Virus record (IMG/VR): IMGVR_UViG_3300020045_009164
Coordinates: 10,753 to 74,752 of that record
DNA length: 64,000 nt
Direction: 5' to 3' (one strand)
Source: a virus
Lineage: Duplodnaviria; Caudoviricetes
The first letter of the stretch is position 1. Every line of letters starts with the position of its first letter. The notes under the pieces are model-generated. The model saw only the letters and a program-made list of their open reading frames with translations. It searched no databases and had not been told where the DNA came from. Of the stretch, positions 17,214 to 26,441 are shown in pieces. Both the position numbers and the translations under genes were made by a program.

Positions 17214-18057
17214 GTATGGTAAATTAGTTGTGGTTGAGAGAGTGGAAAGTGATAGTAATTACGCCAAGTGGAGGTGCGAGTGTGACTGTGGTGGGGAGTA
17301 CGTAACTACAGGTAACAGGTTAAGGACTGGAGATAATAATGTTAAATCTTGTTTAATGTGTAAAGCTGAGGATATAACAGGAAAAAGATTTAATAAGCTG
17401 CTGGTTATATGTAAAGTGGCCAGGAGAATGAAAGGTAAGAGCAGACATAGAAAGTGGTTGTGTCTATGTAACTGTGGTGGAACTACTATAACAACAAGGC
17501 AGAATTTACGGGGTGGCCACACCAACTCCTGTGGTTGTTATGCTAAAAAGCGAGCGGCTGAAGCTAAAACATCTCACGGGATGTCAAGATTTTCCTTATT
17601 TCAAGTGTGGAGAAACATGAAATCCAGATGTGAAAATCCAGATAACCCCTGGTATGAGTTGTATTCTGCTAAAGGTCGTGAGGTTTGTGATAAGTGGAAA
17701 CATAACCCTAAGGAATTTATAGATTGGGCCAATGTTAATGGCTGGAGCAGTAATTTGCAATTAGATAGGAGAGATAATTCACAAGGTTACTCCCCAGAAA
17801 ACTGTAGGTTTGTAACACCGCAAGTGAATACACATAATTCAGATAGGCAGAGGAGAAACAAAACAGGGTATACTGGAGTTTGGTATGACAAAAGATATAG
17901 TACTTACATTAGTTACATAACAGGAATAGACGTACCCTTGTCTAGGAAGAGGAAACATCTAGGTAGTTTCTTCACTGCTGAACAAGCAGTTACCACTAGA
18001 AATAACTACATCAAGGAACATAACTTACCTCACCAAATACAGGAGATAAAAGGATGA
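17182..18057 (+). CDS. HNH-type homing endonuclease with N-terminal CxCG repeats and AP2-like C-terminus
   Basis: GxRYGKLVV..W.C.CDCG x2; LDRRDNSQGYSPENCRFV; GYTGVWY. Confidence 0.8.
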   Translation: MSATKNEVGNRYGKLVVVERVESDSNYAKWRCECDCGGEYVTTGNRLRTGDNNVKSCLMCKAEDITGKRFNKLLVICKVARRMKGKSRHRKWLCLCNCGGTTITTRQNLRGGHTNSCGCYAKKRAAEAKTSHGMSRFSLFQVWRNMKSRCENPDNPWYELYSAKGREVCDKWKHNPKEFIDWANVNGWSSNLQLDRRDNSQGYSPENCRFVTPQVNTHNSDRQRRNKTGYTGVWYDKRYSTYISYITGIDVPLSRKRKHLGSFFTAEQAVTTRNNYIKEHNLPHQIQEIKG

Positions 18058-21000
18058 AGAGACTTTTAATTGACAGTTCATCTATTTTAAAGGCTTGTTT
18101 ATACGCCGCCATCAATACTGATAGCGTTAAGCTAGTTCTGTTCGAAGAAAAACAGGTGAAGGTAGGGGATAGTCGGGAAGCCTATTTCATTTTTCTTTCA
18201 TCGTTCGAAAAGACACTAGCTACTTTGGGCCTCACTCCATCGCAAGCTATACTGATAAAAGATGGGAAGAACGCGAAGGCTTTTAGAAGACAGTTCATAC
18301 CTGAATACTCAGTAAGAAAACCAGGGCCACCTGAGTTCATGACTGAGTTTGTAAAGCTCCAAGATACGGTTGAAGAGACACTGCTGAAATACGGGGCCAT
18401 CTCTACATCTAAGGAAGGGGTTGAGGCAGACGATATTATAAATGCATTAAGTAGTTGTATTGATTCAGTAATCTGGAGCACCGACAAAGATTTGTTAGCA
18501 TGTCCAGCAAACTTCTTCCACAACGACGAACTTAATCCCGATAAATTCTTTGGGATAAAGAAGGAACACATTGTTGTATACAAGAGTTTGGTGGGTGATC
18601 CGAGCGATTCTGTGAAGGCGGCAAAAGGTTACGGAAATCAAGCATTTATAGACATGATTGCTAAGTACGGAGACAGCTGCCTTGATGACATTTTAGAGAT
18701 GACCAAGGAAGAGTGTCTTGAAGAATTGGAGCCACATGTAAAGGACTTCAAACCTTTCCAGAAAATAATTGACAGTAAGGATCTTATCTATGCCAGTTAT
18801 AAGGCCGTGAAATTTTACCACCCCGGTTACACAGGCTTACAATACAAAATGCTCTACCCTGAAGGAAATGGAGACCTACCTCAATGGGAACCTAAGCAAG
18901 AGTTAGTAACCAAAGCCAAGCTTACCCCTGAATTCATAGCACAGCTCAGGCGAGAGAACGCTGCTGCCACCTGTACCAGCTTAGATATAGAAACCTCCAT
19001 GACCCCAGAAGGACTAGCTTGGTCACTAGCCAACAAGTCCAAGAACAAAAAGACTGGACCTCTGGATGTATTTGGAGCAGAGCTGGCGGGTTTTTCCATC
19101 AACACAGGATCTAATAACCACAAGACCTATTACTTCCCAGTTGACCACAAGGACACTGACAACATCAGCCTAGATCAGGCTAGAGAAATCCTGAACATGT
19201 TACCGAATGACAAACCTTGTCTGGTACACAACGCTATCTATGAGTTGCCTGTACTCAGAAACCACTTTGAACTGAAGTTTGATCGTGGCTATCTCCCTGA
19301 GTCAACCTACGACACAAGGATCATGGCTGGCTACGTGGATGAGAACTCCCCATATGGTTTAAAGGATCGCTCAAAGTCACTGATGGACTATGACCAAGTG
19401 CGATTTGATGACCTCATGGCCGACGATGAAGTACCCAATAAGCAGATGAGGGAAATGACTGGAGAGGAGGTACTGAGCTACGGATGTGATGACTCCGTCG
19501 TGACTTCTGCACTATATAGACACGCTGAATTAGTCATGAAGTATGAGGGAACTTGGGACTCCTACATCAATGTGGATCAGCCAGTTCAGTTCCTCCACGC
19601 TGAGAGCTTCCTGACTGGTGTGAAGTTTGACTTGGAGATGATCAAAGACCTCCAGGCCAAGAACTCAGTAGTATACGAAGAGACTCTCTGTAACATTGAA
19701 GATTTCCTCCAGGATATGGAGTGGGAGACTTCAGAAGAGATAGTAAGGGAGCAGGTAAAGATCACTGTAGAAAACCTAGCTGCTATGAAAGAGTTAGCTA
19801 AACAAGGTCCAGAGTACACTACCACAAAGCACAGGTGGCCAGGGTGTGTCTTTGAGCCAGCCACTGAGCTAACACCAGCTGAGATTAAGAGACTATTCCA
19901 GATTTATTGTGGCAGGGAATTGAAGACCTCAGTCAGAAAGATTGAGAAGATAGTGGATAAGGTAAGAGAGGAGGGTGAGGTTGAGTTCGCTGACGCTCTT
20001 GAGTTAGGGCTTGATTCGCTCAACACTCTGACCCAATACAGCTTCTCACCAAAACCTGAGTTGAACCTGCGATCCCCAAAGCAGCTGACGTACCTGTTGT
20101 ATGAGGCATTAGGATACCCAATTAGGATCAGAAATAAACTCACTGACAAGCAGAAAGAAGCTGGCCAGACTCAGGGAAATCCAGCCTCAGATGATACAGC
20201 TTTAAAACATGCCATAATGTACGATGCTAGAAGTGAGGAAGAGAAACTCCTGCTCCACAATATCTTAGGAGCTAAGAGTTGCCTGACTGAGGATAGCCTG
20301 TTCTTCACACCATACCAGAACATGCCACACTGGAATGATGGCTTTGTCCACCCACAACCAGGGCAAGCCATGGCAACCTCCGGTAGAGCTACGCCAAGCG
20401 GCCCAAATGTCAGCCAAGTTTCTAAGATCAGTCTCATCCGTAGGGCTTATGTGCCTCTGGAGGATGACCATGTATGGGTGTCGTTTGACTGTTCATCTCA
20501 AGAGCTGGCCCACGCAGCTTGGCACTCTCAAGATGAGAACATGCTCTCTTGTTTTGTTGGTGAGAGACGTGATATCCACTCGATTACCGGAGTAGGTATC
20601 TGGGCAATAGATCATGACCCGCTTGATTACGAAGCCTTCATGAGGATTAGAAAGGATGACAGCCACCCACTTCACAAAGATGTGGTTAAAGTAAGAAATA
20701 AGAAAGCTAAACCAACTAACTTCTTGTCACAGTACGGTGGTACGGCTGCTACCTTGGCTGAGGATCTGCTCATCACTGAGAGTGAGGCTCAGTCAATGCT
20801 GGACGCTAAGGAGCGGATGTTCCCTGGCGTACCCATATGGCAGGGTAAGATGAATGATCAGCACAGGGAGCTTGGTTACGCTGTGGAGCCAATGGGACGT
20901 AGGAAGCATCTGGTGTTGGACGGAAGCTGGAAAGACAACCATGAGTTGAGGTCTGCTCTGAACTTTGCCATCCAGGGTGGTGCTGCTTCACAGATAAAAC

Positions 21001-21284
21001 TCATCCTGGCTAGGATCTGGAAAGAGAAGATCCTTGAGAAGTTCGAGGCTTACTTCCTCTTCCCAGTACATGATGAGATAAACTTCTCAGTGAAGAGGAG
21101 TCAGGTGCTAGACTTTATCAAGGCTGTCCACCCAATAATGACTATGAAGTATGCTGACTTTGGTATTGAGATAGAGTCCTCGATTGAGATTGGCCCCAAC
21201 TTCGGTGAGTTGAAAGAGATAGGCAATCAAGTGGACGAGGGTAAGATTAATGAAGTACTTGAGGCTATGGTGGAGGTAGCGTGA
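18054..21284 (+). CDS. polA: Family A DNA polymerase with fused 5'-3' and 3'-5' exonuclease domains
   Basis: 5'exo LIDS/EADD/TDKD/GDPSD; 3'exo LDIET/HNA/YGCDD; pol motifs DCSSQEL, AKPTNF..QYG, VHDE. Confidence 0.92.
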   Translation: MKRLLIDSSSILKACLYAAINTDSVKLVLFEEKQVKVGDSREAYFIFLSSFEKTLATLGLTPSQAILIKDGKNAKAFRRQFIPEYSVRKPGPPEFMTEFVKLQDTVEETLLKYGAISTSKEGVEADDIINALSSCIDSVIWSTDKDLLACPANFFHNDELNPDKFFGIKKEHIVVYKSLVGDPSDSVKAAKGYGNQAFIDMIAKYGDSCLDDILEMTKEECLEELEPHVKDFKPFQKIIDSKDLIYASYKAVKFYHPGYTGLQYKMLYPEGNGDLPQWEPKQELVTKAKLTPEFIAQLRRENAAATCTSLDIETSMTPEGLAWSLANKSKNKKTGPLDVFGAELAGFSINTGSNNHKTYYFPVDHKDTDNISLDQAREILNMLPNDKPCLVHNAIYELPVLRNHFELKFDRGYLPESTYDTRIMAGYVDENSPYGLKDRSKSLMDYDQVRFDDLMADDEVPNKQMREMTGEEVLSYGCDDSVVTSALYRHAELVMKYEGTWDSYINVDQPVQFLHAESFLTGVKFDLEMIKDLQAKNSVVYEETLCNIEDFLQDMEWETSEEIVREQVKITVENLAAMKELAKQGPEYTTTKHRWPGCVFEPATELTPAEIKRLFQIYCGRELKTSVRKIEKIVDKVREEGEVEFADALELGLDSLNTLTQYSFSPKPELNLRSPKQLTYLLYEALGYPIRIRNKLTDKQKEAGQTQGNPASDDTALKHAIMYDARSEEEKLLLHNILGAKSCLTEDSLFFTPYQNMPHWNDGFVHPQPGQAMATSGRATPSGPNVSQVSKISLIRRAYVPLEDDHVWVSFDCSSQELAHAAWHSQDENMLSCFVGERRDIHSITGVGIWAIDHDPLDYEAFMRIRKDDSHPLHKDVVKVRNKKAKPTNFLSQYGGTAATLAEDLLITESEAQSMLDAKERMFPGVPIWQGKMNDQHRELGYAVEPMGRRKHLVLDGSWKDNHELRSALNFAIQGGAASQIKLILARIWKEKILEKFEAYFLFPVHDEINFSVKRSQVLDFIKAVHPIMTMKYADFGIEIESSIEIGPNFGELKEIGNQVDEGKINEVLEAMVEVA

Positions 21285-21835
21285 AACCTTTGAGACAGTC
21301 AGACTTTGGCTGGTCAGTTTCTCCTGTAGCTATAGAAAGCTACAGGAGGATTACTGGCAGCAAGAAGAGTGAGTTGGTTATAAGCAAAAAATTTGCTCAG
21401 ATACTGATGCACGGTGTGTATGAAGGTAATAAAGATGGGATAGATTTCTACTACTCAACTAGCGGAGATATAGAAATAGCTATGAGTGGTGGTGAGGTTA
21501 TTGATTGCTTTAAGAAGTCAGCGGATTTTATGGGTAAAATGAAACGGCGGGTGCCATCAGATATAAAAATAACAGCCCATGCTGTTGAGAGGTTTAAACA
21601 AAGGAGAGAGAGGAACGACTTAGACGACAGGGTAGTAGAGACGAGTATCCTAAAGATGCTAACCCACGGCACAGAGGTTACTCCAGTTAATAAAGTAGCT
21701 TCACTTCTGTACAACAGACTACATGAGGCTAGGTATTTCCAACACGGTGATCTTATTGCTGTGTTGGTTGACAAGACGGTGGTCACATGTTCTAAAAATT
21801 TAAGTGGTAAATGGAGGGTTAAAGATGGGGATTGA
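21281..21835 (+). CDS. Tandem two-domain protein, DUF4258/RelE-BECR-like
   Basis: ITAHAVERFKQR...G...Y...VLV..TVVT; degenerate copy in N-terminal half. Confidence 0.5.
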   Translation: MKPLRQSDFGWSVSPVAIESYRRITGSKKSELVISKKFAQILMHGVYEGNKDGIDFYYSTSGDIEIAMSGGEVIDCFKKSADFMGKMKRRVPSDIKITAHAVERFKQRRERNDLDDRVVETSILKMLTHGTEVTPVNKVASLLYNRLHEARYFQHGDLIAVLVDKTVVTCSKNLSGKWRVKDGD

Positions 21836-22118
21836 TTACGATGGCGGGATGATAGTTGGTGAGCTAGGACATAAGCTAGAAACTCCTTCAGGATTTAAAG
21901 GGGATTTGAGTGAATGGGTAGAGGAAGTGGAACTAGAGAGAATGTCTAAGTTCTACGATGCTGATATAGAGTACAACGTAATAGGATTCAGGGTGTCTGA
22001 CGTTAAGGTAAGTGACATAGAAGGTGAGTGGCTTATCAAGGTGAAGAAATTGGCTAAGAAGTTTGAAGCTTTGACAGGTGTTCCAGCTAGACTTATTGGA
22101 ACTCAAGATATTTGGTAA
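21825..22118 (+). CDS. Hypothetical protein
   Basis: GGAGG RBS; MGIDYDGGMIVG. Confidence 0.7.
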   Translation: MGIDYDGGMIVGELGHKLETPSGFKGDLSEWVEEVELERMSKFYDADIEYNVIGFRVSDVKVSDIEGEWLIKVKKLAKKFEALTGVPARLIGTQDIW

Positions 22119-22142
22119 GTAGTACAGAAGGAGGTCCTGATC

Positions 22143-22358
22143 ATGACCAAAAGTGTAAGAAGGTACGTCACTAGAGATGATTTAGAATTCAAGACCAAGG
22201 CTGAGGCTGATCAACATGAGAGGTACTTGACCTATGTCGAGTGGTATGAAGAACAAGGCTTCAAAGGTCCATCATTCTGTATCAGCTGGGAGGATTGGCT
22301 GGGGTGGATGAAAGAGCATAAAGAGATGATAATGAAAATTATGGAGGAGTGCGTATGA
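22143..22358 (+). CDS. Hypothetical protein
   Basis: YVTRDDLEFKTKAEADQHE motif. Confidence 0.7.
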   Translation: MTKSVRRYVTRDDLEFKTKAEADQHERYLTYVEWYEEQGFKGPSFCISWEDWLGWMKEHKEMIMKIMEECV

Positions 22359-22768
22359 AGAACAGCGGAAAGTATCTCGAGGAAGCAATTGAGTCTGAGT
22401 TGAAAAAGAATACAGACACAAGTCGTCATTGGAGGCGACTTCATGATGGCAGGGCTGCTAAAAATTACATCCCAGCCCAACCAGCGGACTTCTTCCTATG
22501 TATTGCTGGGGGGGCAGTTTATTTGGAAAGCAAATCTCAGAAGGGTAAGACCAGGAGACTCAACAAGTTTTCCCAGCTCCCTGTGATGCAGAGGTGGAGT
22601 TCAGCTGGTGTAAAAGGGGCAGTGGTTGTCCACTTCCACGAATTGGAGGAGTTGTTTATGGTGGATGTGGATTGGTTTGATCCAAGTAAACCTTCGTGGG
22701 TTTTGAGTGAGGAGTTTATTATTGAGAGCCTTGAGGATGGGTTGGAGAAATTGGGGTGGAGGTCTTAA
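22355..22768 (+). CDS. RecU-like Holliday junction resolvase (PD-(D/E)XK)
   Basis: GKYLEE...PADF...YLESK. Confidence 0.75.
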   Translation: MKNSGKYLEEAIESELKKNTDTSRHWRRLHDGRAAKNYIPAQPADFFLCIAGGAVYLESKSQKGKTRRLNKFSQLPVMQRWSSAGVKGAVVVHFHELEELFMVDVDWFDPSKPSWVLSEEFIIESLEDGLEKLGWRS

Positions 22769-23751
22769 TGAAATACCTTGTTCTGTCAGATTTACATTTT
22801 GCTCCAGATCGTAGAGCTGGCTGTAGTCAGGCCAGTAGGCTCTCCCTTGAAGACTACTTGTTTGATAGACTTAATCACATTCTCCAGACAGTTGAACATG
22901 ACAAGGTTATTATTGCTGGAGATATATTTGATAAATTCTCAGTATCTGAGAAGACGCTTCTGAACACCTACCTAGCCCTTAGGGGTGAGAAGGCTATAAT
23001 ACTGCGAGGGAATCATGACGCCAACTCTGCTGTTAGAGTTGGCGAGATATCTAGCTTAGAACTCCTTGGAGCTTTGCTGCCAGAAACCCACTTGGTATTC
23101 AACGAACCGGAGACAGTCGATGGTATGCACTTCATCCCACACTGCTTTGACCAGACTCAACTTAATCAGTATGTAGATGAAATACCTGACAATGTTGTAT
23201 GTTTCTTACATTGTAATTTTGACAACTCATTCACTGAACACGCCGACCACAGCCTTAACATCACCAGTCAGCAATACCAGAAGCTGAAAGAGAGCAATGT
23301 TTTCTTGATACTTGGACACGAACACCAAGCCAGAGATCTGGAAAACCTATACATCCTGGGGTGTACTTACCCCACCTCCATCAGCGATTGTCTTGGTGGA
23401 TCAAAGCGCTGTCTCCTCTACGACTCAGAGGCCAAAACCTTTGAATCAATAGAAACCTTCAACAAGGAAGCAGAGTACATTGAGCTACATTGGTCAGACA
23501 CCAGACTTACTGATCACAAGTTTGTGAGGGTAGTAGGTGACTGTTCCGTAGTTGAATATCCCCAGATAGTTCGTTCTATTGCTCAGTTGCGGAAGACCAG
23601 TGATGCCTTCATCATAGCGAATGCTGTCAAGGTCCAGACGCCCGAGAGGGAGGAGATTGAAAAGCAGGAAGTCACAGGATTTAACATACTGTCACTTCTA
23701 CTGGAGAATGTGGATGAGGAGTTCAGGGGGGAGGTAAAATTGTGTATATAG
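22768..23751 (+). CDS. sbcD: SbcD/Mre11-like nuclease
   Basis: SDLH, GDIFD, GNHD, GHEH metallophosphoesterase motifs. Confidence 0.88.
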   Translation: MKYLVLSDLHFAPDRRAGCSQASRLSLEDYLFDRLNHILQTVEHDKVIIAGDIFDKFSVSEKTLLNTYLALRGEKAIILRGNHDANSAVRVGEISSLELLGALLPETHLVFNEPETVDGMHFIPHCFDQTQLNQYVDEIPDNVVCFLHCNFDNSFTEHADHSLNITSQQYQKLKESNVFLILGHEHQARDLENLYILGCTYPTSISDCLGGSKRCLLYDSEAKTFESIETFNKEAEYIELHWSDTRLTDHKFVRVVGDCSVVEYPQIVRSIAQLRKTSDAFIIANAVKVQTPEREEIEKQEVTGFNILSLLLENVDEEFRGEVKLCI

Positions 23752-25856
23752 AATCAATAGAGATTTTCAATTTCGGGGCTATCAAATACAAGAAGCTGGA
23801 TTTCGTGGATGGCCTCGTGGTGGTCAGAGGAGCGAATGAACAGGGTAAATCTACTACAGTTATCCAGGCACCTTTGTACGCCTTCTTCGGTTCAAGTACA
23901 TTGGACTCAAGCCTCGACTTCGTAGTCCATCACAACGAGCCAGTCAACAGCCTCAAGGTAATAGTCAAGTACGGACCTTACACAGTTAGTCGTACAAAAT
24001 CAAGTGCCTCAGTTATTGGGCCAGGAGTAGCTATATCTGGTCAGAAAGAGGTGAGTGACTTCTTCTACTCTCTCTTTGGAATATTCAAAGGCACAGAAAC
24101 TATGGTGCTTGTGTCAGAACAAGGAGACACTGCGGGCGTGATCAAGCGCAAAAACGGGGAGATAACTTCATTTATTGAGGATATAGCTGGCTTCGACCAA
24201 ATAGAGATGCTTCTTGACAGAATCAAAGAGACCTACCCAACTGGAAATGACAAGGCTCTTAAAGCCCAGCTGGAAAATCTCGAAGCTGAAAAGACTCGGT
24301 ATCAGCAAGAAGAATTACCGGATATGGCCTTACTCACATTGGAGAAAGAGCTGGCCGCTGATAAGGCTCTCATACATGAGGCCAACGTCAGTGCTAAGAG
24401 AGCAGCCATAAAGATCCTGGAAGAGGAACTCAAGAAGGTTGAGTTGTCCAACCAGAGTATCGAAGCTCTGGCCAAAGCTGTCAGTACCAAGAAGTCAGAG
24501 ATCAAGTATTCAACTGCGGCGTTGGTATTAGCTGAGATGGAGCTAGAGAGGGTCCCCACGTTTGAAATGGGCGAGGTTGAATATGCTAGCAACTTCATAG
24601 ACGACTTCCCTGCCCTGGAAAAAAGATACAAAGCCTACCAATGGGTGAGTAGCCTGAAGCCAGCTGAGGCTGTCTGGGATGAGTCTGAGGAGGCATTGGT
24701 CAAAGTTATAACAGGGTTAAACAAAAACATAGTCAAGGCCAGGGAACTTATTGCCAGTACTGAAGGAGAAATAAAAACCCTAAAGAAGGGTATCCAGGTG
24801 GATACAGTTTGTACCAAGTGTGGTACAGACGTGAAGGATAAGGTTGAGGCAATTAATAAGGAGATTGATGAAGATATAGGTTTCTTGGAGAGTAAGATAA
24901 GAAGTTACAGGCTAGCTCTACAGGGAGATGAGGAGGAGAAGTTGGTCCTTGATCAGATCCTTGCTGCTCACCAAAAGCTGGAAAGAGAGTTTAAACTCCA
25001 TGAAGAGTATGTGTCTGCTGATTGTGAACTCATACCTCACACCTACTCGCTAGACGGTGACATACCAACAGAGCCTAGCTTACAGGAATTGAAAGACTCT
25101 AGGCAGCTTGTGTTTGATCACCAGAAGTCGGTATTCAACTCTGCTACTTGTAAAGCAGTCATCAAGGAGAAGACTTCTGCTATAGACAGACTTAAGGCAG
25201 AGCTAGCAGAAAAAGAACTGGAGCTAAAAGACGCTGGAGAGGTTCAGGACCTGACCGAAAAGCGAAAGGAGATATTTGATGAGGAGATAAAATTAAAGAA
25301 GTTGTCACAAGCCCAGACAGAACTCAACACCCAACTCCTGAACAAAGAGAAAGAGATTGTGGCTGCTGAGGCTAAGATATCCACCAATAAGAAGAATATT
25401 GAACGTGTTGTAGCTTCAATAATTCAAACTGAGTCGGACCTTAGAGTTGAGGATCGTAATGGCAAGATCGTAAAATCGGTCAGAGACGCGAAGCCGAAGG
25501 TATTAAATCAGATATGGGGAAGAGTTCTCGACTACACCCAACAGGCTTTCTCTGAGATGAGGGGAGTTGAGTCAAAGGTTGAAAGGTCTGAGAAAGGATT
25601 TCTAACGGACGGCAGACCTGTGTCCCGTTTGTCTGGAAGCGCCAAGTCTATACTCGGTGTATCTTTGAGAGCAGCAGTCAGAGACATCTTTGCTCCTACA
25701 TGTGGCTTCATGATATATGATGAACCCTTCGGGGACATGGACGAGGAGAGGACTGCTTCAGCACTAGCAGCAATACAAACTATAAGAGGGCAGAAGTTTA
25801 TTGTGACTCATGAGAGTCAGTCGGAGATGGCCGCAGATCAGGTAGTAGAAATCTAG
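23742..25856 (+). CDS. sbcC: SbcC/Rad50-like SMC ATPase
   Basis: Walker A GANEQGKST, Zn-hook CTKC, LSG signature, YDEP Walker B, VTHE. Confidence 0.9.
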   Translation: MYIESIEIFNFGAIKYKKLDFVDGLVVVRGANEQGKSTTVIQAPLYAFFGSSTLDSSLDFVVHHNEPVNSLKVIVKYGPYTVSRTKSSASVIGPGVAISGQKEVSDFFYSLFGIFKGTETMVLVSEQGDTAGVIKRKNGEITSFIEDIAGFDQIEMLLDRIKETYPTGNDKALKAQLENLEAEKTRYQQEELPDMALLTLEKELAADKALIHEANVSAKRAAIKILEEELKKVELSNQSIEALAKAVSTKKSEIKYSTAALVLAEMELERVPTFEMGEVEYASNFIDDFPALEKRYKAYQWVSSLKPAEAVWDESEEALVKVITGLNKNIVKARELIASTEGEIKTLKKGIQVDTVCTKCGTDVKDKVEAINKEIDEDIGFLESKIRSYRLALQGDEEEKLVLDQILAAHQKLEREFKLHEEYVSADCELIPHTYSLDGDIPTEPSLQELKDSRQLVFDHQKSVFNSATCKAVIKEKTSAIDRLKAELAEKELELKDAGEVQDLTEKRKEIFDEEIKLKKLSQAQTELNTQLLNKEKEIVAAEAKISTNKKNIERVVASIIQTESDLRVEDRNGKIVKSVRDAKPKVLNQIWGRVLDYTQQAFSEMRGVESKVERSEKGFLTDGRPVSRLSGSAKSILGVSLRAAVRDIFAPTCGFMIYDEPFGDMDEERTASALAAIQTIRGQKFIVTHESQSEMAADQVVEI

Positions 25857-25868
25857 AGGGAGAAAGAA

Positions 25869-26078
25869 ATGAAAACACAAGAGGACGACTCAAAGGTACT
25901 TGCTTCCCTACGCTACGTACTGGACATGACAGATTGTAGTGATTGGCACCTAATTCATAATACTGCTAGAAAGTATGTGCAAGATGGAATACTCAGTAAA
26001 AGTGGTGAGATAATGTATAGTGAAATTGTGGACAATATGTTGAAGGTCAGGTTTCCTGATCAGACAGCGGAGACTTAA
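25869..26078 (+). CDS. Hypothetical protein
   Basis: GAGGGAG RBS. Confidence 0.6.
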   Translation: MKTQEDDSKVLASLRYVLDMTDCSDWHLIHNTARKYVQDGILSKSGEIMYSEIVDNMLKVRFPDQTAET

Positions 26079-26088
26079 TACAAAAGTA

Positions 26089-26117
26089 TTGACAAAGTAT
26101 TAATCTTAATGTATATG
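26089..26117 (+). promoter_or_regulatory. sigma70 promoter
   Basis: TTGACA-17bp-TATATG. Confidence 0.65.
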
Positions 26118-26124
26118 TTTTCCT

Positions 26125-26210
26125 ATCTCTGTGGCAAAAGACTCTCATCGGGCTGCGGTGTAGTAAGTCCTGCAAACCTGGAGCGGATAGTCCGTTCCAG
26201 GTTTTCTTTT
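26125..26210 (+). ncRNA. Candidate ~85-nt small RNA upstream of RHH-TnpB
   Basis: No ORF; promoter upstream; GGGCT/AGTCC stem; terminator AACCTGGAGCGGA-TAG-TCCGTTCCAGGTT + TTCTTTT. Confidence 0.5.
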
Positions 26211-26270
26211 ATGTAAGAGCAGAGATGGATTAACAAAGTAGTTGTAATAAGAGTGCAATAGGAGTATGAT

Positions 26271-26441
26271 ATGCGCATGAGAAAAAAGAATACTTATTTT
26301 TCAATTATACAGTTGAAGCTACTGGAGGGGTTAGCGGAGGTCACTGGTATCACAGTTGCTGAACACATACGCAGGGCTGTTGACCTGTATTTAAAGGAAC
26401 AGAATGTATCTATCTCACAAAATAGAACTAAGACCTACTAA
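26271..26441 (+). CDS. Ribbon-helix-helix (CopG/Arc-like) protein (not in ORF track)
   Basis: AGGAG RBS; KKNTYFS..QLKLL..LAEVTGITVAEHIRRAVDLYL; overlaps tnpB start. Confidence 0.8.
   Translation: MRMRKKNTYFSIIQLKLLEGLAEVTGITVAEHIRRAVDLYLKEQNVSISQNRTKTY

Noticed and set aside
26139-26145. 7-nt complementarity between the two candidate sRNAs (AGACUCU vs AGAGUCU), suggesting a sponge
   Set aside because: Too short to distinguish from chance
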